From the NCBI GenBank assembly GCA_041389085.1, contig JAWKSL010000001.1:102765-166764 (forward strand): a stretch of 64,000 nt of DNA, read 5' to 3'. This document shows, piece by piece, positions 56,453 to 64,000 of the stretch. Each line of letters starts with the position of its first letter. Position 1 is the first letter of the stretch. Source of the stretch: Minisyncoccota bacterium. GTDB lineage: Bacteria > Patescibacteriota > Minisyncoccia > UBA6257 > 1-14-0-10-44-23. The notes under the pieces were generated by a model. That model had not been told where the DNA came from. It did not search any database and saw only the letters and a program-made list of their open reading frames with translations. Position numbers and translations under genes: made by a program.

Positions 56453-56668
56453 CTAGCTCTGACGGCCGAGGAAGGCAGCCTTGCTGAGGTTCGCCTGCAG
56501 CCCCTGCAGGACCCTGCGCTCGTGCATCTCTTCGCGCCGCATCTTGTCTTGGTAGACCTCGATGTAGCGATCGCACTCGCCCTTCGTGCCACAGAACACT
56601 TGGAGCCCTGCCCTCATGACTCGGTGGTACCTCTTGTCCTTTTTGATGCAGAGGAACTCGATCCGCAT
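56453..56668 (-). CDS. small hypothetical protein (island J)
   Basis: ORF between repeat copies. Confidence 0.3.
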   Translation of the reverse strand: MRIEFLCIKKDKRYHRVMRAGLQVFCGTKGECDRYIEVYQDKMRREEMHERRVLQGLQANLSKAAFLGRQS

Positions 56669-56722
56669 GCCACGTCTCCTTTCTACTTTCTAGACTAGCC
56701 TATGCTATTTATAAAAGTCAAA

Positions 56723-56751
56723 GGCGCCGGCACACATGGTGTGACGGCGCC
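56723..56751 (-). repeat. palindromic repeat copy 3
   Basis: identical to copy 1. Confidence 0.75.
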
Positions 56752-56758
56752 CTGATTG

Positions 56759-57085
56759 CTAGGCGGCGATGATGGGGACGCAGTTGATCGCGAAGACGTA
56801 GGGGGTGCCCTTCAACGTCTCGTAGCGCGCGATACCGCGCATAAGTCCGTTGAATTGCCTGGCACACCTGAGTACCTCCTTGGCCTTGTCGCGAGTACTA
56901 GGCCTGGCCTCCAAGTCCTCCCCTTCAACAAGGCGCCGCCCGACTTCTGCGATGAACGCGTCGATCGCCTCCTTGGTGTCTGCCCCTTTTGCGCGCAGAG
57001 TGCTGCCCGTGATCCCTTGCACAGCCCAACTCCCGTCTTCCTGACAGAAAAGCAGGGCTGCAACCTCTTTCTTTTCTTTATTCAT
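56759..57085 (-). CDS. HicB-like/DUF1902-like small protein (island J)
   Basis: LLFCQEDGSWAVQGITGSTLRAKGADTKEAIDAFIAEV. Confidence 0.4.
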   Translation of the reverse strand: MNKEKKEVAALLFCQEDGSWAVQGITGSTLRAKGADTKEAIDAFIAEVGRRLVEGEDLEARPSTRDKAKEVLRCARQFNGLMRGIARYETLKGTPYVFAINCVPIIAA

Positions 57086-57186
57086 GATTCACCTCCTCTA
57101 CCAGCCTAAACTTAGGAGGCGGGTATGTCAAAAATGTTTACGCCCCCGAGTCCTTGCGGAATCGGGGGCGCGTATTGCGTTGAGCG

Positions 57187-57732
57187 CTAGCTCGGGATCG
57201 GATCGGGATAGGCCTGCGGTTCTTCGAACCCGCAAACCGGACAATCCCTCTTGCCGCACCTGCAGCTGGGCCCTCCCACCTTGATGGTAGGGTAGCAGTC
57301 TTCGACAAGGTCGGTGGGCCTACTCCTGACGTCGATCATTTGCATGCGTGCTTCCATGAGCTCGCCAGCCGAAAGATCGACCTCTCCGATATGTATGCCC
57401 AGCTCCTCGCTGCAGCCCTTGGGGGCGAACTCCTTGAGCACCTTGCCGGCAAGCACACTAGCGCTTCGCGGGAAGAGCAAGATCTTCCCCTCCATCGTGA
57501 CTAGCACGATGACGTATCGACCCTTCTCTAGAAAGTCCTTCCCCCGCGATACGTCTGCGCCTCGAAGAGTTGAAGGCGCATGCCCCCTCTCTCCAGGCAC
57601 TAGGCACCAAGCGCCTACGTACCTTGCAGGAATCTTGTCGGCAAAGGTGCTGCTACCGCGAGATGAATGGGTGATGTCGATTGCACCTGCGGGGATGAGC
57701 TTCCGAAGCCACTGACGCTTTGAAATGGGCAT
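57187..57732 (-). CDS. hypothetical protein with C-terminal zinc ribbon (island J)
   Basis: CRCGKRDCPVCG; hairpin cgcccccga/tcgggggcg at 57125-57160. Confidence 0.4.
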   Translation of the reverse strand: MPISKRQWLRKLIPAGAIDITHSSRGSSTFADKIPARYVGAWCLVPGERGHAPSTLRGADVSRGKDFLEKGRYVIVLVTMEGKILLFPRSASVLAGKVLKEFAPKGCSEELGIHIGEVDLSAGELMEARMQMIDVRSRPTDLVEDCYPTIKVGGPSCRCGKRDCPVCGFEEPQAYPDPIPS

Positions 57733-57898
57733 GTGCCCTCCTGGTCTGGAACGCGGGGTTTTAGCCCGCTTAGCAGATTTTTAAGCTGGAACGCAGAGGC
57801 ACACGCCATCTGCTTAGCAGCTCAGGTTCTAATATAATTATCGCATATTTTACCTATTTTGTCAATATCTCCTTTTTTGACTGCTTTTGCGGCGTACA

Positions 57899-57930
57899 AA
57901 AAAGAGCCCTTTTGGGCTCTCTTTAATATT
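57899..57930 (-). terminator. intrinsic terminator after rplK
   Basis: aaaaaagagcccttttgggctctc hairpin with flanking A/T runs. Confidence 0.65.
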
Positions 57931-58355
57931 TAGTCTTTTACTTCTATACCCATGTTCTTTGCGGTACCTTCGATGATTTTTGCTGCTTGGTCTACGTCGT
58001 AAGCATTTAGGTCGTTTAACTTCTTTTCTGCTATTTCGCGAACCTGAGCTTTTGTTACCTTTCCTACTTTCTGAGTAAGTGGATTTCCTGCTCCCTTCTC
58101 TACTCCGGCCGCTTTCTTAAGCATGTCTGAAGCTGGAGGAGTTTTAAGGATAAAGGTGAAGCTTCGGTCTTCGAAGATAGTGAGAACTGCTGGGATAACC
58201 TGGCCCATCATTTCTTTTGTAGCGTCGTTAAACTGCTTGCAGAAGTCTGCAATGTTTATACCGTGTGGCCCAAGCGCCGTTCCTACTGGAGGAGCTGGAT
58301 TTGCTTGTCCTGCTGGGATTTGAATTTTTACTGTTGCTTTTATTGGCTTTGCCAT
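57930..58355 (-). CDS. rplK: 50S ribosomal protein L11
   Basis: [25 protein letters not shown]. Confidence 0.95.
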   Translation of the reverse strand: MAKPIKATVKIQIPAGQANPAPPVGTALGPHGINIADFCKQFNDATKEMMGQVIPAVLTIFEDRSFTFILKTPPASDMLKKAAGVEKGAGNPLTQKVGKVTKAQVREIAEKKLNDLNAYDVDQAAKIIEGTAKNMGIEVKD

Positions 58356-58360
58356 ATGTT

Positions 58361-58924
58361 TTAAATCTTTTGAACTTGTAGACTGTCTATCTCTACTGTG
58401 GTGTCGCGACCGAAGATAGCTATTGCTACCTTTATTACTCCGCTCTTCTCATCTACCTGAGTTACTTTCGCTTCGTAATCCTTAAATGGTCCGTCGGTAA
58501 TTTTTACCATTTCTCCTACTGAAAGGTCAACAGTGTACTGTTTGTCTTTGTTCATCTTGCCCATGAGCTCGTCTACTTCGCGCTGTGAAAGCGGTGATGG
58601 CGTAGTAGTATCTGAGCCTACGAAACCGGTAACGCGCGGGGTGTTTCGCACTACATACCAAGTGTCGTCGGTAAGAATCATGTCGATAAGTACGTATCCT
58701 GGGTAGATTTTCTCCTCTACTTCGGTGCGGCGTCCGTTTTTGATCTTGATCTTGGTTTCCTTTGGAACGATGATTTTGAAAATCTTGTCGTGGAGGTCGA
58801 GACTTTCAACGCGCTGCTTTAAATAACGCTCTACGGCGTCTTCGTACCCTGAGTAGGTGTGCACTGCGTACCAGTGGCGCTCACCTGACTGCTGTTTGCT
58901 GTTTTGTGACTTTGCTGCCTCCAT
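58361..58924 (-). CDS. nusG: transcription termination/antitermination protein NusG
   Basis: NGN domain [11 protein letters not shown] and KOW motif. Confidence 0.9.
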   Translation of the reverse strand: MEAAKSQNSKQQSGERHWYAVHTYSGYEDAVERYLKQRVESLDLHDKIFKIIVPKETKIKIKNGRRTEVEEKIYPGYVLIDMILTDDTWYVVRNTPRVTGFVGSDTTTPSPLSQREVDELMGKMNKDKQYTVDLSVGEMVKITDGPFKDYEAKVTQVDEKSGVIKVAIAIFGRDTTVEIDSLQVQKI

Positions 58925-58933
58925 TTATTTATT

Positions 58934-59122
58934 TTACAGGTTTATAACTGTTTGGAGTATGTACTGGTAGAGGTAGTCGAATGCACCAAGGTATATAGCG
59001 GCCATCAAAGAAAACCCGATAACGATTAGGGTTAGACTGCGTGTTACTTGGGCTGTTGGCCACTGCACGTGTTTGAGCTCTTGCTGAGCTCCTTTTAGGT
59101 ATGCTCCTATCTTTGAAAACAT
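58934..59122 (-). CDS. secE: preprotein translocase subunit SecE
   Basis: ELKHVQWPT + single TM, position upstream of nusG. Confidence 0.8.
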   Translation of the reverse strand: MFSKIGAYLKGAQQELKHVQWPTAQVTRSLTLIVIGFSLMAAIYLGAFDYLYQYILQTVINL

Positions 59123-59167
59123 GTTTGACGATTTTACTAATTTTGTCTGTATTGGTCAAGCTCCTCT

Positions 59168-61144
59168 TTAGATATCGAGGTTCTTTACGTTGAGCGCGTG
59201 GCTCTGGATGAATTTTGAGCGTGGGGCTACGTTTTCTCCCATCAGGATGTCGAAGAGCTTATCTGCCTCCTTAGCGTCGGCAACAGTGATCTGCTTGAGC
59301 ACTCTATTTTCCTTATTCATAGTAGTGTCGGCAAGCTGGTCGGCGTTCATCTCTCCAAGTCCCTTGTAGCGCTGGATTGAAACTCCTTTTACTCCCTTGA
59401 GGGCGTCGTCCCCTTCTGACTCGTCTATCTGCACACCCTTAGACTTAGCGATTTTCTTAAGAAGCGCGTCTTTTTCGTCGTCTTTATATACGTAGGTCTT
59501 CTCTTTTCCGTTTTGAATAAGGTAGAGCGGTGGCTGCGCTACATACACGTGTCCACTCTTAATAAGCTCTGGGAAGTAGCGGTAGAAAAGAGTAAGCAGC
59601 AAGGTGGTAATGTGGCGGCCGTCGACATCAGCGTCGGAGAGGATGATTATCTTGTGGTAGCGAAGTTTGTTTATGTCGAAGTTTTCTGCGATCGCGGTAC
59701 CAAAAGCGATAACGAGAGATTTGATTTCTTTGTTGGCGAGCATCTTGTCGATACGAGCTTTCTCAACGTTGAGCGGCTTTCCTCGAAGTGGAAGTACTGC
59801 CTGAGTCTTCTTGTCGCGACCCATACGTGCGCTACCACCTGCGCTGTCTCCCTCTACGATGAAGAGCTCACTTTCTTCTGGGTGTTTTGAAATACAGTCG
59901 GTAAGTTTTCCTGGAAGCTGAAGCCCTTCAAGCGCACCCTTTCGAATAACGGTGTCTCGAGCAGCCTTTGCAGCTTTGCGCGCCTTTGCAGCAAGAATAC
60001 ACTTTTCTACAATCTTCCCTGCGTCTTTACTGTTTCTCTCAAAGAAGTTTTTCAGCGCTTCTCCTACTGCGCTTTCAACTGCGGTACGAGCTTCTGGGCT
60101 ACCGAGCCTACTCTTTGTTTGCCCTTCAAACTGTGGTTCGCGAAGCTTTACTGAAACAATAGCGGTAAGTCCTTCGCGCGCATCCTCTCCGGTGAAATTG
60201 TTTTCTTTTGCTTTTAGATAGTTGTTTGCCACTGCCCAGCTGTTGAGCGTACGGGTTAGGGCTGTTCTAAAACCGGTAAGGTGCATTCCTCCGTCTGGAG
60301 TATAAATGTTGTTGGCGAAGCTGAGCTCCTGAGTTTCTATTTCGTCTGTGTAGGTGAAGGTAACTTCTACTTGAATGTCGTCTACTGTTTTTTCTACGTA
60401 GAAAATTTCGTTCTGCACTACGGTGCGGTCTTCGGTGAGGTGGCGGATAAATGAAAGAAGTCCTCCGTCGAAATAAAATCCGTGGAAGGCCGCTGGTGCT
60501 TGGCGGTGATCAATAAACTCAATGTTTATTCCTTTCGTAAGGAAGGCTTGGCGGCGAAGACGCTCAAGAATAGTTTTTGTACTAAACTCGGTTGTTTCAA
60601 AAATTGAAGCGTCTGGTTTAAAGATTATCTTAGTTCCGGTACCTTTTGCGGTGCCAGCTTTCTTTACCGCTCCCTGCGGTTTTCCAATTTTGTACTCTTG
60701 TACATAAAGCGCGCCGTCTCTCTTTACCTCTGCGCGAAGATATTCTGAAAGAGCGTTTACAACTGAAACTCCTACTCCGTGCAAACCTCCTGAAACTTTA
60801 TACCCTTCTCCTCCAAACTTTCCTCCTGCGTGTAGCACTGTAAGAACTGTCTCAAGTGTAGACTTTTTTGTTTGTGCGTGCTTTTCAACTGGAATTCCTC
60901 GTCCGTCGTCTGATACTGCAACGTGCCCGTCTGCCAAAAGCTCAACGAGAACGTTTTTCGCGTGGCCAGCCATGGCCTCGTCGATAGAGTTGTCTACAAC
61001 CTCCCAAATAAGGTGGTGCAACCCAGCTACATCGGTGGTACCGATGTACATACCTGGTCGCTTTCGTACTGGATCGAGCCCTTCGAGGACGGTAATGTCT
61101 TTCGCGCTATATCCGCTTTTCTTCGCTTTTGCTTCTTTCGGCAT
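59168..61144 (-). CDS. gyrB: DNA gyrase subunit B
   Basis: GHKL ATPase motifs, Toprim; start set at MPKEAKAK (61144). Confidence 0.9.
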   Translation of the reverse strand: MPKEAKAKKSGYSAKDITVLEGLDPVRKRPGMYIGTTDVAGLHHLIWEVVDNSIDEAMAGHAKNVLVELLADGHVAVSDDGRGIPVEKHAQTKKSTLETVLTVLHAGGKFGGEGYKVSGGLHGVGVSVVNALSEYLRAEVKRDGALYVQEYKIGKPQGAVKKAGTAKGTGTKIIFKPDASIFETTEFSTKTILERLRRQAFLTKGINIEFIDHRQAPAAFHGFYFDGGLLSFIRHLTEDRTVVQNEIFYVEKTVDDIQVEVTFTYTDEIETQELSFANNIYTPDGGMHLTGFRTALTRTLNSWAVANNYLKAKENNFTGEDAREGLTAIVSVKLREPQFEGQTKSRLGSPEARTAVESAVGEALKNFFERNSKDAGKIVEKCILAAKARKAAKAARDTVIRKGALEGLQLPGKLTDCISKHPEESELFIVEGDSAGGSARMGRDKKTQAVLPLRGKPLNVEKARIDKMLANKEIKSLVIAFGTAIAENFDINKLRYHKIIILSDADVDGRHITTLLLTLFYRYFPELIKSGHVYVAQPPLYLIQNGKEKTYVYKDDEKDALLKKIAKSKGVQIDESEGDDALKGVKGVSIQRYKGLGEMNADQLADTTMNKENRVLKQITVADAKEADKLFDILMGENVAPRSKFIQSHALNVKNLDI

Positions 61145-61287
61145 AATGTAAAAAAGGCACAAATCGCCTTTGTTTAAAGCTATTTTAGCCCAAATTGCCC
61201 TATAAATCAATTGCCATACCAAGCTCAAAATGCCATACTTTTTTAGCGTTCCTGCATAGTGTGGGAGGCATGGGCTAAGGAGGTCTC

Positions 61288-61680
61288 TTGAACACCATCG
61301 GCAATTTCTGCATTAGGGCGAGCATCTTGATGCGGGTCGTCACCGAAGGCAGGACCTATTCGCTCAGGGCAGCGTTCCCCGAGAAGGGTTACAGCAGGGG
61401 TGAGAAGAGGATGGCAATTGGCTTCCTCAAGCGCTTGCGCTCCATGCAGAGAGCTCGCGATCTGCACGGCACGTACAGCGGAGCTGGTGCTGCCATTCCC
61501 TGCCAAGTACTTCGCCACTCTGGTGAGCGTCTACGCGGCACGCTCTGCTGGACCAAGCAGGTGGTTGGGAGTGCTCGACTCGCCCTGCGTCTTGACCCCA
61601 ACCCTCTCTACGCCAATGATTTCTTCTCCCCCGCTGTTTTTAACCATGGGAAAGAAGATGCACTTCTGGTCTTGGTCTAG
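61288..61680 (+). CDS. hypothetical protein (island K)
   Basis: TTG start with AAGGAGG 4 nt upstream; hairpin at 61690-61735. Confidence 0.35.
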   Translation: MNTIGNFCIRASILMRVVTEGRTYSLRAAFPEKGYSRGEKRMAIGFLKRLRSMQRARDLHGTYSGAGAAIPCQVLRHSGERLRGTLCWTKQVVGSARLALRLDPNPLYANDFFSPAVFNHGKEDALLVLV

Positions 61681-61732
61681 CCTCAGGGTCGGAAGACGAA
61701 TTCGCCGCTTTCTCTTCGGAGGGGGCGGCGAT

Positions 61733-63178
61733 TTACTTTATAGAAAAGTCGTTGGCGTTGTTGTCTGTGTCTTGTAGGCGCTCAAGTCTTTTGTTTGCTC
61801 CTGGGTTTTCTGGATATGGCGCCGTTTCTGCAAAAATATTTTCTGCGCTTCCCCACGCGACTGAGTCGGTTATCTGGCCCGTATCTTGATCGCCAAAGCG
61901 AATCGCTACTCCGTTGTCATTTGAAATCGATGCTGAAGTGCGCGTGTCTGCTTGTACGTCAGTGTAGTTTGAGTTCGCCCACATGTACGTCTCCCCCGGC
62001 TGTAAAAATACATCTTCAGTGAACGATTTAATCGAGCTGTCGGTAGAGCCTGTCTTTGTTCGCTTTACGAGCCGGTAGCCATTTAGGTTCACTTCTTCAT
62101 CGGAGTCGTTTTTAATAACAATGAGGTCGTTTGTTGTGAGCCCTTGGCCGCCAGTTATTTGCACTGATTGGATAATGAGCCTTTTTGCCTCTTGCTGCAT
62201 CTCGGGCTTTTCTTCTGGCTCTTCTGTTTCTATAACGACCGCTTCTTCGTCTTCAAAGATTCCTAATTTTGCGTCTTCCTCGCTTTGCTCTGCTTGTTGA
62301 TTTTCTTTATCTTGGGAATTGTTTGTTTTCTTAACTACTATCTCTATTGGGTTATTTTTTGCTGGGCTTCCTCCTGTCTGATGACTACTGTACCAACTTA
62401 AGTCTGGCGCTCTTTGAGCTGTAAGCCTTTTCGCTGAATTTCCTGCTGGCCAATTTGGCGCCGCTAAAACTTCGTCTTGTAAGCGGCAGCTTTCATCAAA
62501 GAGCCTTAGCCCCTCATCTGTATTTGCTAAGGCGCCTGTATACAGCGGAGCTTCTATTTTGGTTAATACGCGCTCCCCTCTCTTTACTAAATAAAGTGCT
62601 GCCTCTGGCAAAAGCACTCCGTCGGTAATGGTTATTTTTATCTGCTCGGCTTTATCGATGATTGCCCAGCCGGAAATATCTTTTTCTTTATCGGAAATGT
62701 TTTTGAGCTCTATCCATTCGTTGTTCGAACTATCTTTATCGCCAGCCCAATTTACTTCGTTAAAAATAACCGTTGATTGGTCGGGTAGAAAGTCGGTAGT
62801 AAATTCGCACTCGGTGTCTTCACTCTTTACCCTTTTTGTAGACTTACTCTCTGCAAGAATTTCTTTTCTTACTTTTGGTTGCGAGCTGTCTACAAAAACT
62901 CCCGGTACCTCCTCTTTGCTTTTCGTGGCTACTCCTTGGTAAGCGACAGGAGAAGAAACACCGAGGACTTTTTCTTCTGGCAAAACTGCTACCGGTAAAA
63001 CTTCTTGCTGTGTATACGCCTCTCTTGTAGTGGCTAGGAGCTCAAACTGTTCCTCTTTTTGAAACGCCCCAGCAACTTTTGAAAACGCAGCATCTACAAC
63101 CGTGGAGAGGCTCGAGCCCACAAAAGCTCCGAGTGCGATAAGTAAAAATGCCTGCTTGTTTTCTTTTAAAAAGGTCAA
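61733..63178 (-). CDS. secreted protein with two lamin-tail (LTD) domains
   Basis: signal/TM; NEVNWAGDKDSSNNEWIELKN LTD motif twice. Confidence 0.6.
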   Translation of the reverse strand: MTFLKENKQAFLLIALGAFVGSSLSTVVDAAFSKVAGAFQKEEQFELLATTREAYTQQEVLPVAVLPEEKVLGVSSPVAYQGVATKSKEEVPGVFVDSSQPKVRKEILAESKSTKRVKSEDTECEFTTDFLPDQSTVIFNEVNWAGDKDSSNNEWIELKNISDKEKDISGWAIIDKAEQIKITITDGVLLPEAALYLVKRGERVLTKIEAPLYTGALANTDEGLRLFDESCRLQDEVLAAPNWPAGNSAKRLTAQRAPDLSWYSSHQTGGSPAKNNPIEIVVKKTNNSQDKENQQAEQSEEDAKLGIFEDEEAVVIETEEPEEKPEMQQEAKRLIIQSVQITGGQGLTTNDLIVIKNDSDEEVNLNGYRLVKRTKTGSTDSSIKSFTEDVFLQPGETYMWANSNYTDVQADTRTSASISNDNGVAIRFGDQDTGQITDSVAWGSAENIFAETAPYPENPGANKRLERLQDTDNNANDFSIK

Positions 63179-63333
63179 AGGCCTGTTGCTTCGTCTATAT
63201 GTTGCTCAATAATTATTGGCGCTACCTCTGTTTCCTTCGCACTAAGGTAGCCGAGTGCGAATGAAAGTGTTGTGACTATAAAGAGAAGAATGAAGAGAAC
63301 TACGTCTTTTTTATTTTTTTGGAAAAAATTCAT
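63175..63333 (-). CDS. small membrane protein (52 aa), translationally coupled
   Basis: TAATG overlap with upstream gene; below ORF-track cutoff. Confidence 0.3.
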   Translation of the reverse strand: MNFFQKNKKDVVLFILLFIVTTLSFALGYLSAKETEVAPIIIEQHIDEATGL

Positions 63334-63902
63334 TAGAAGCGCAGAAATTTATCCCACTTATCATAGAGAGCTTGAGTAGCGAAAAGATCGTCTGCATTGT
63401 AGCGAGCTATATCTAGATACCTTCCTTCTTTGAAAAGCGCAGTTACATCTTCCCCCTTTACCCCATTGTCTTTTGGGCTCTTTAGATTGAAGGCGCGCAT
63501 ATACATGTGCATAGCCCCGCTCCTGCGCAGCGCCCCATAGTAGTTGAGCTGGTCGAAGAGGTCGATATGAATAGCGTCGGGTGTTTGCTGGTAAAGATAT
63601 CTGCCGCGCATAAGATCTTTGGTTGGGCGTATGCCGTTTATGGCACTTCTCATGTTTATAAAGGGAATATCAAAGCCCCTTCCATTGAAGGTTATGAAAT
63701 GCTGGTAGCTTTGCGCACCCTCCCAAAAAGCCTGGAGCATATCTTTTTCGCTCATTGGCTTATAGGTTATATCGCCCTCCACGCTTTCCTTTTCTTTTCC
63801 TTTTGTCTGGTAGTAAACGACTCCCTTACTCTGATGGTGGTCGAGCACTCCTATTGCTACAATCTGGGCGGTAAGCGGTGAAAATACGAGATTGTTTTTC
63901 AC
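63333..63902 (-). CDS. RNase H-like / PolB-exonuclease-like domain protein
   Basis: ITFNGRGFDIPFI and YNADDLFATQALYDKW motifs; GTG start after GGAGG. Confidence 0.45.
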   Translation of the reverse strand: MKNNLVFSPLTAQIVAIGVLDHHQSKGVVYYQTKGKEKESVEGDITYKPMSEKDMLQAFWEGAQSYQHFITFNGRGFDIPFINMRSAINGIRPTKDLMRGRYLYQQTPDAIHIDLFDQLNYYGALRRSGAMHMYMRAFNLKSPKDNGVKGEDVTALFKEGRYLDIARYNADDLFATQALYDKWDKFLRF

Positions 63903-64000
63903 CTCCGCTATTCCTTCTTCAAGCTCCTTATCTGACTTTGCGGTGTTCCTTATATACGTAGTTAGTACGTCTTTGGTGGTTTTGTCGTATGTATCAAAAT

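Noticed and set aside
55930-57800. Repeated palindromic elements after each small gene interpreted as integron attC sites or a CRISPR array
   Set aside because: Elements are only 29-39 nt (attC is typically 57 nt or more with R''/L'' core sites GTTRRRY). Spacing equals gene length rather than uniform spacers. No intI or cas genes. Better described as repeated terminator/REP-like modules.
61240-61745. Island K as RNase P RNA or tmRNA because of GC-rich structured appearance
   Set aside because: Conserved RNase P (GGAAAGUCCGG, AGGGUGAAA) and tmRNA (tag reading frame, tRNA-like 3' end) signatures are absent. An SD-supported ORF is present instead.

Overview
This 64 kb window looks like a small-genome, AT-moderate bacterium. 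Most genes sit on the minus strand and many lack Shine-Dalgarno sequences. The gene content (compact UvrC, many small secreted or membrane hypotheticals, lamin-tail, Gmad2, DUF378 and DUF1905 proteins, a tRNA carrying a group I intron) is reminiscent of CPR/Patescibacteria. That taxonomic guess is inference only.

Recognisable core genes: an FKBP-type PPIase, obg, a VKOR-family protein, a GlcD-like FAD oxidase, an RRM protein, a Cas4/RecB-like nuclease, dinB, a thermonuclease, a Kef-type antiporter, a YdeI-family protein, a YgjP-like peptidase, a UvrD-like helicase-nuclease, dus (frameshifted), uvrC, uvrA, a SAM methyltransferase, uvrB, an ECF sigma/anti-sigma pair, uppS, uppP, a YihY/BrkB protein, mscL, a CPA antiporter, a TrmH-like methyltransferase, an NDH-2, an ABC-F ATPase (frameshifted), an RBBP9/YdeN-like alpha/beta hydrolase, gatB, and the rplK-nusG-secE block followed by gyrB.

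Three things stand out:
- The backbone is interrupted by at least 13 short, clearly GC-richer islands (about 0.3-2.6 kb each). Each holds 1-4 small ORFs of unknown function. Many have a consensus-like TTGACA -35 box, a strong SD and a GC-rich hairpin terminator.
- Two islands carry families of near-identical palindromic repeat modules.
- A tRNA-Asn(GUU) gene next to gatB is interrupted by a roughly 250 nt group I intron, with R/S core elements present, flanked by a 22 nt direct repeat.

No rRNA genes or CRISPR arrays were seen. All functional calls come from motif recognition by eye; no searches were run.
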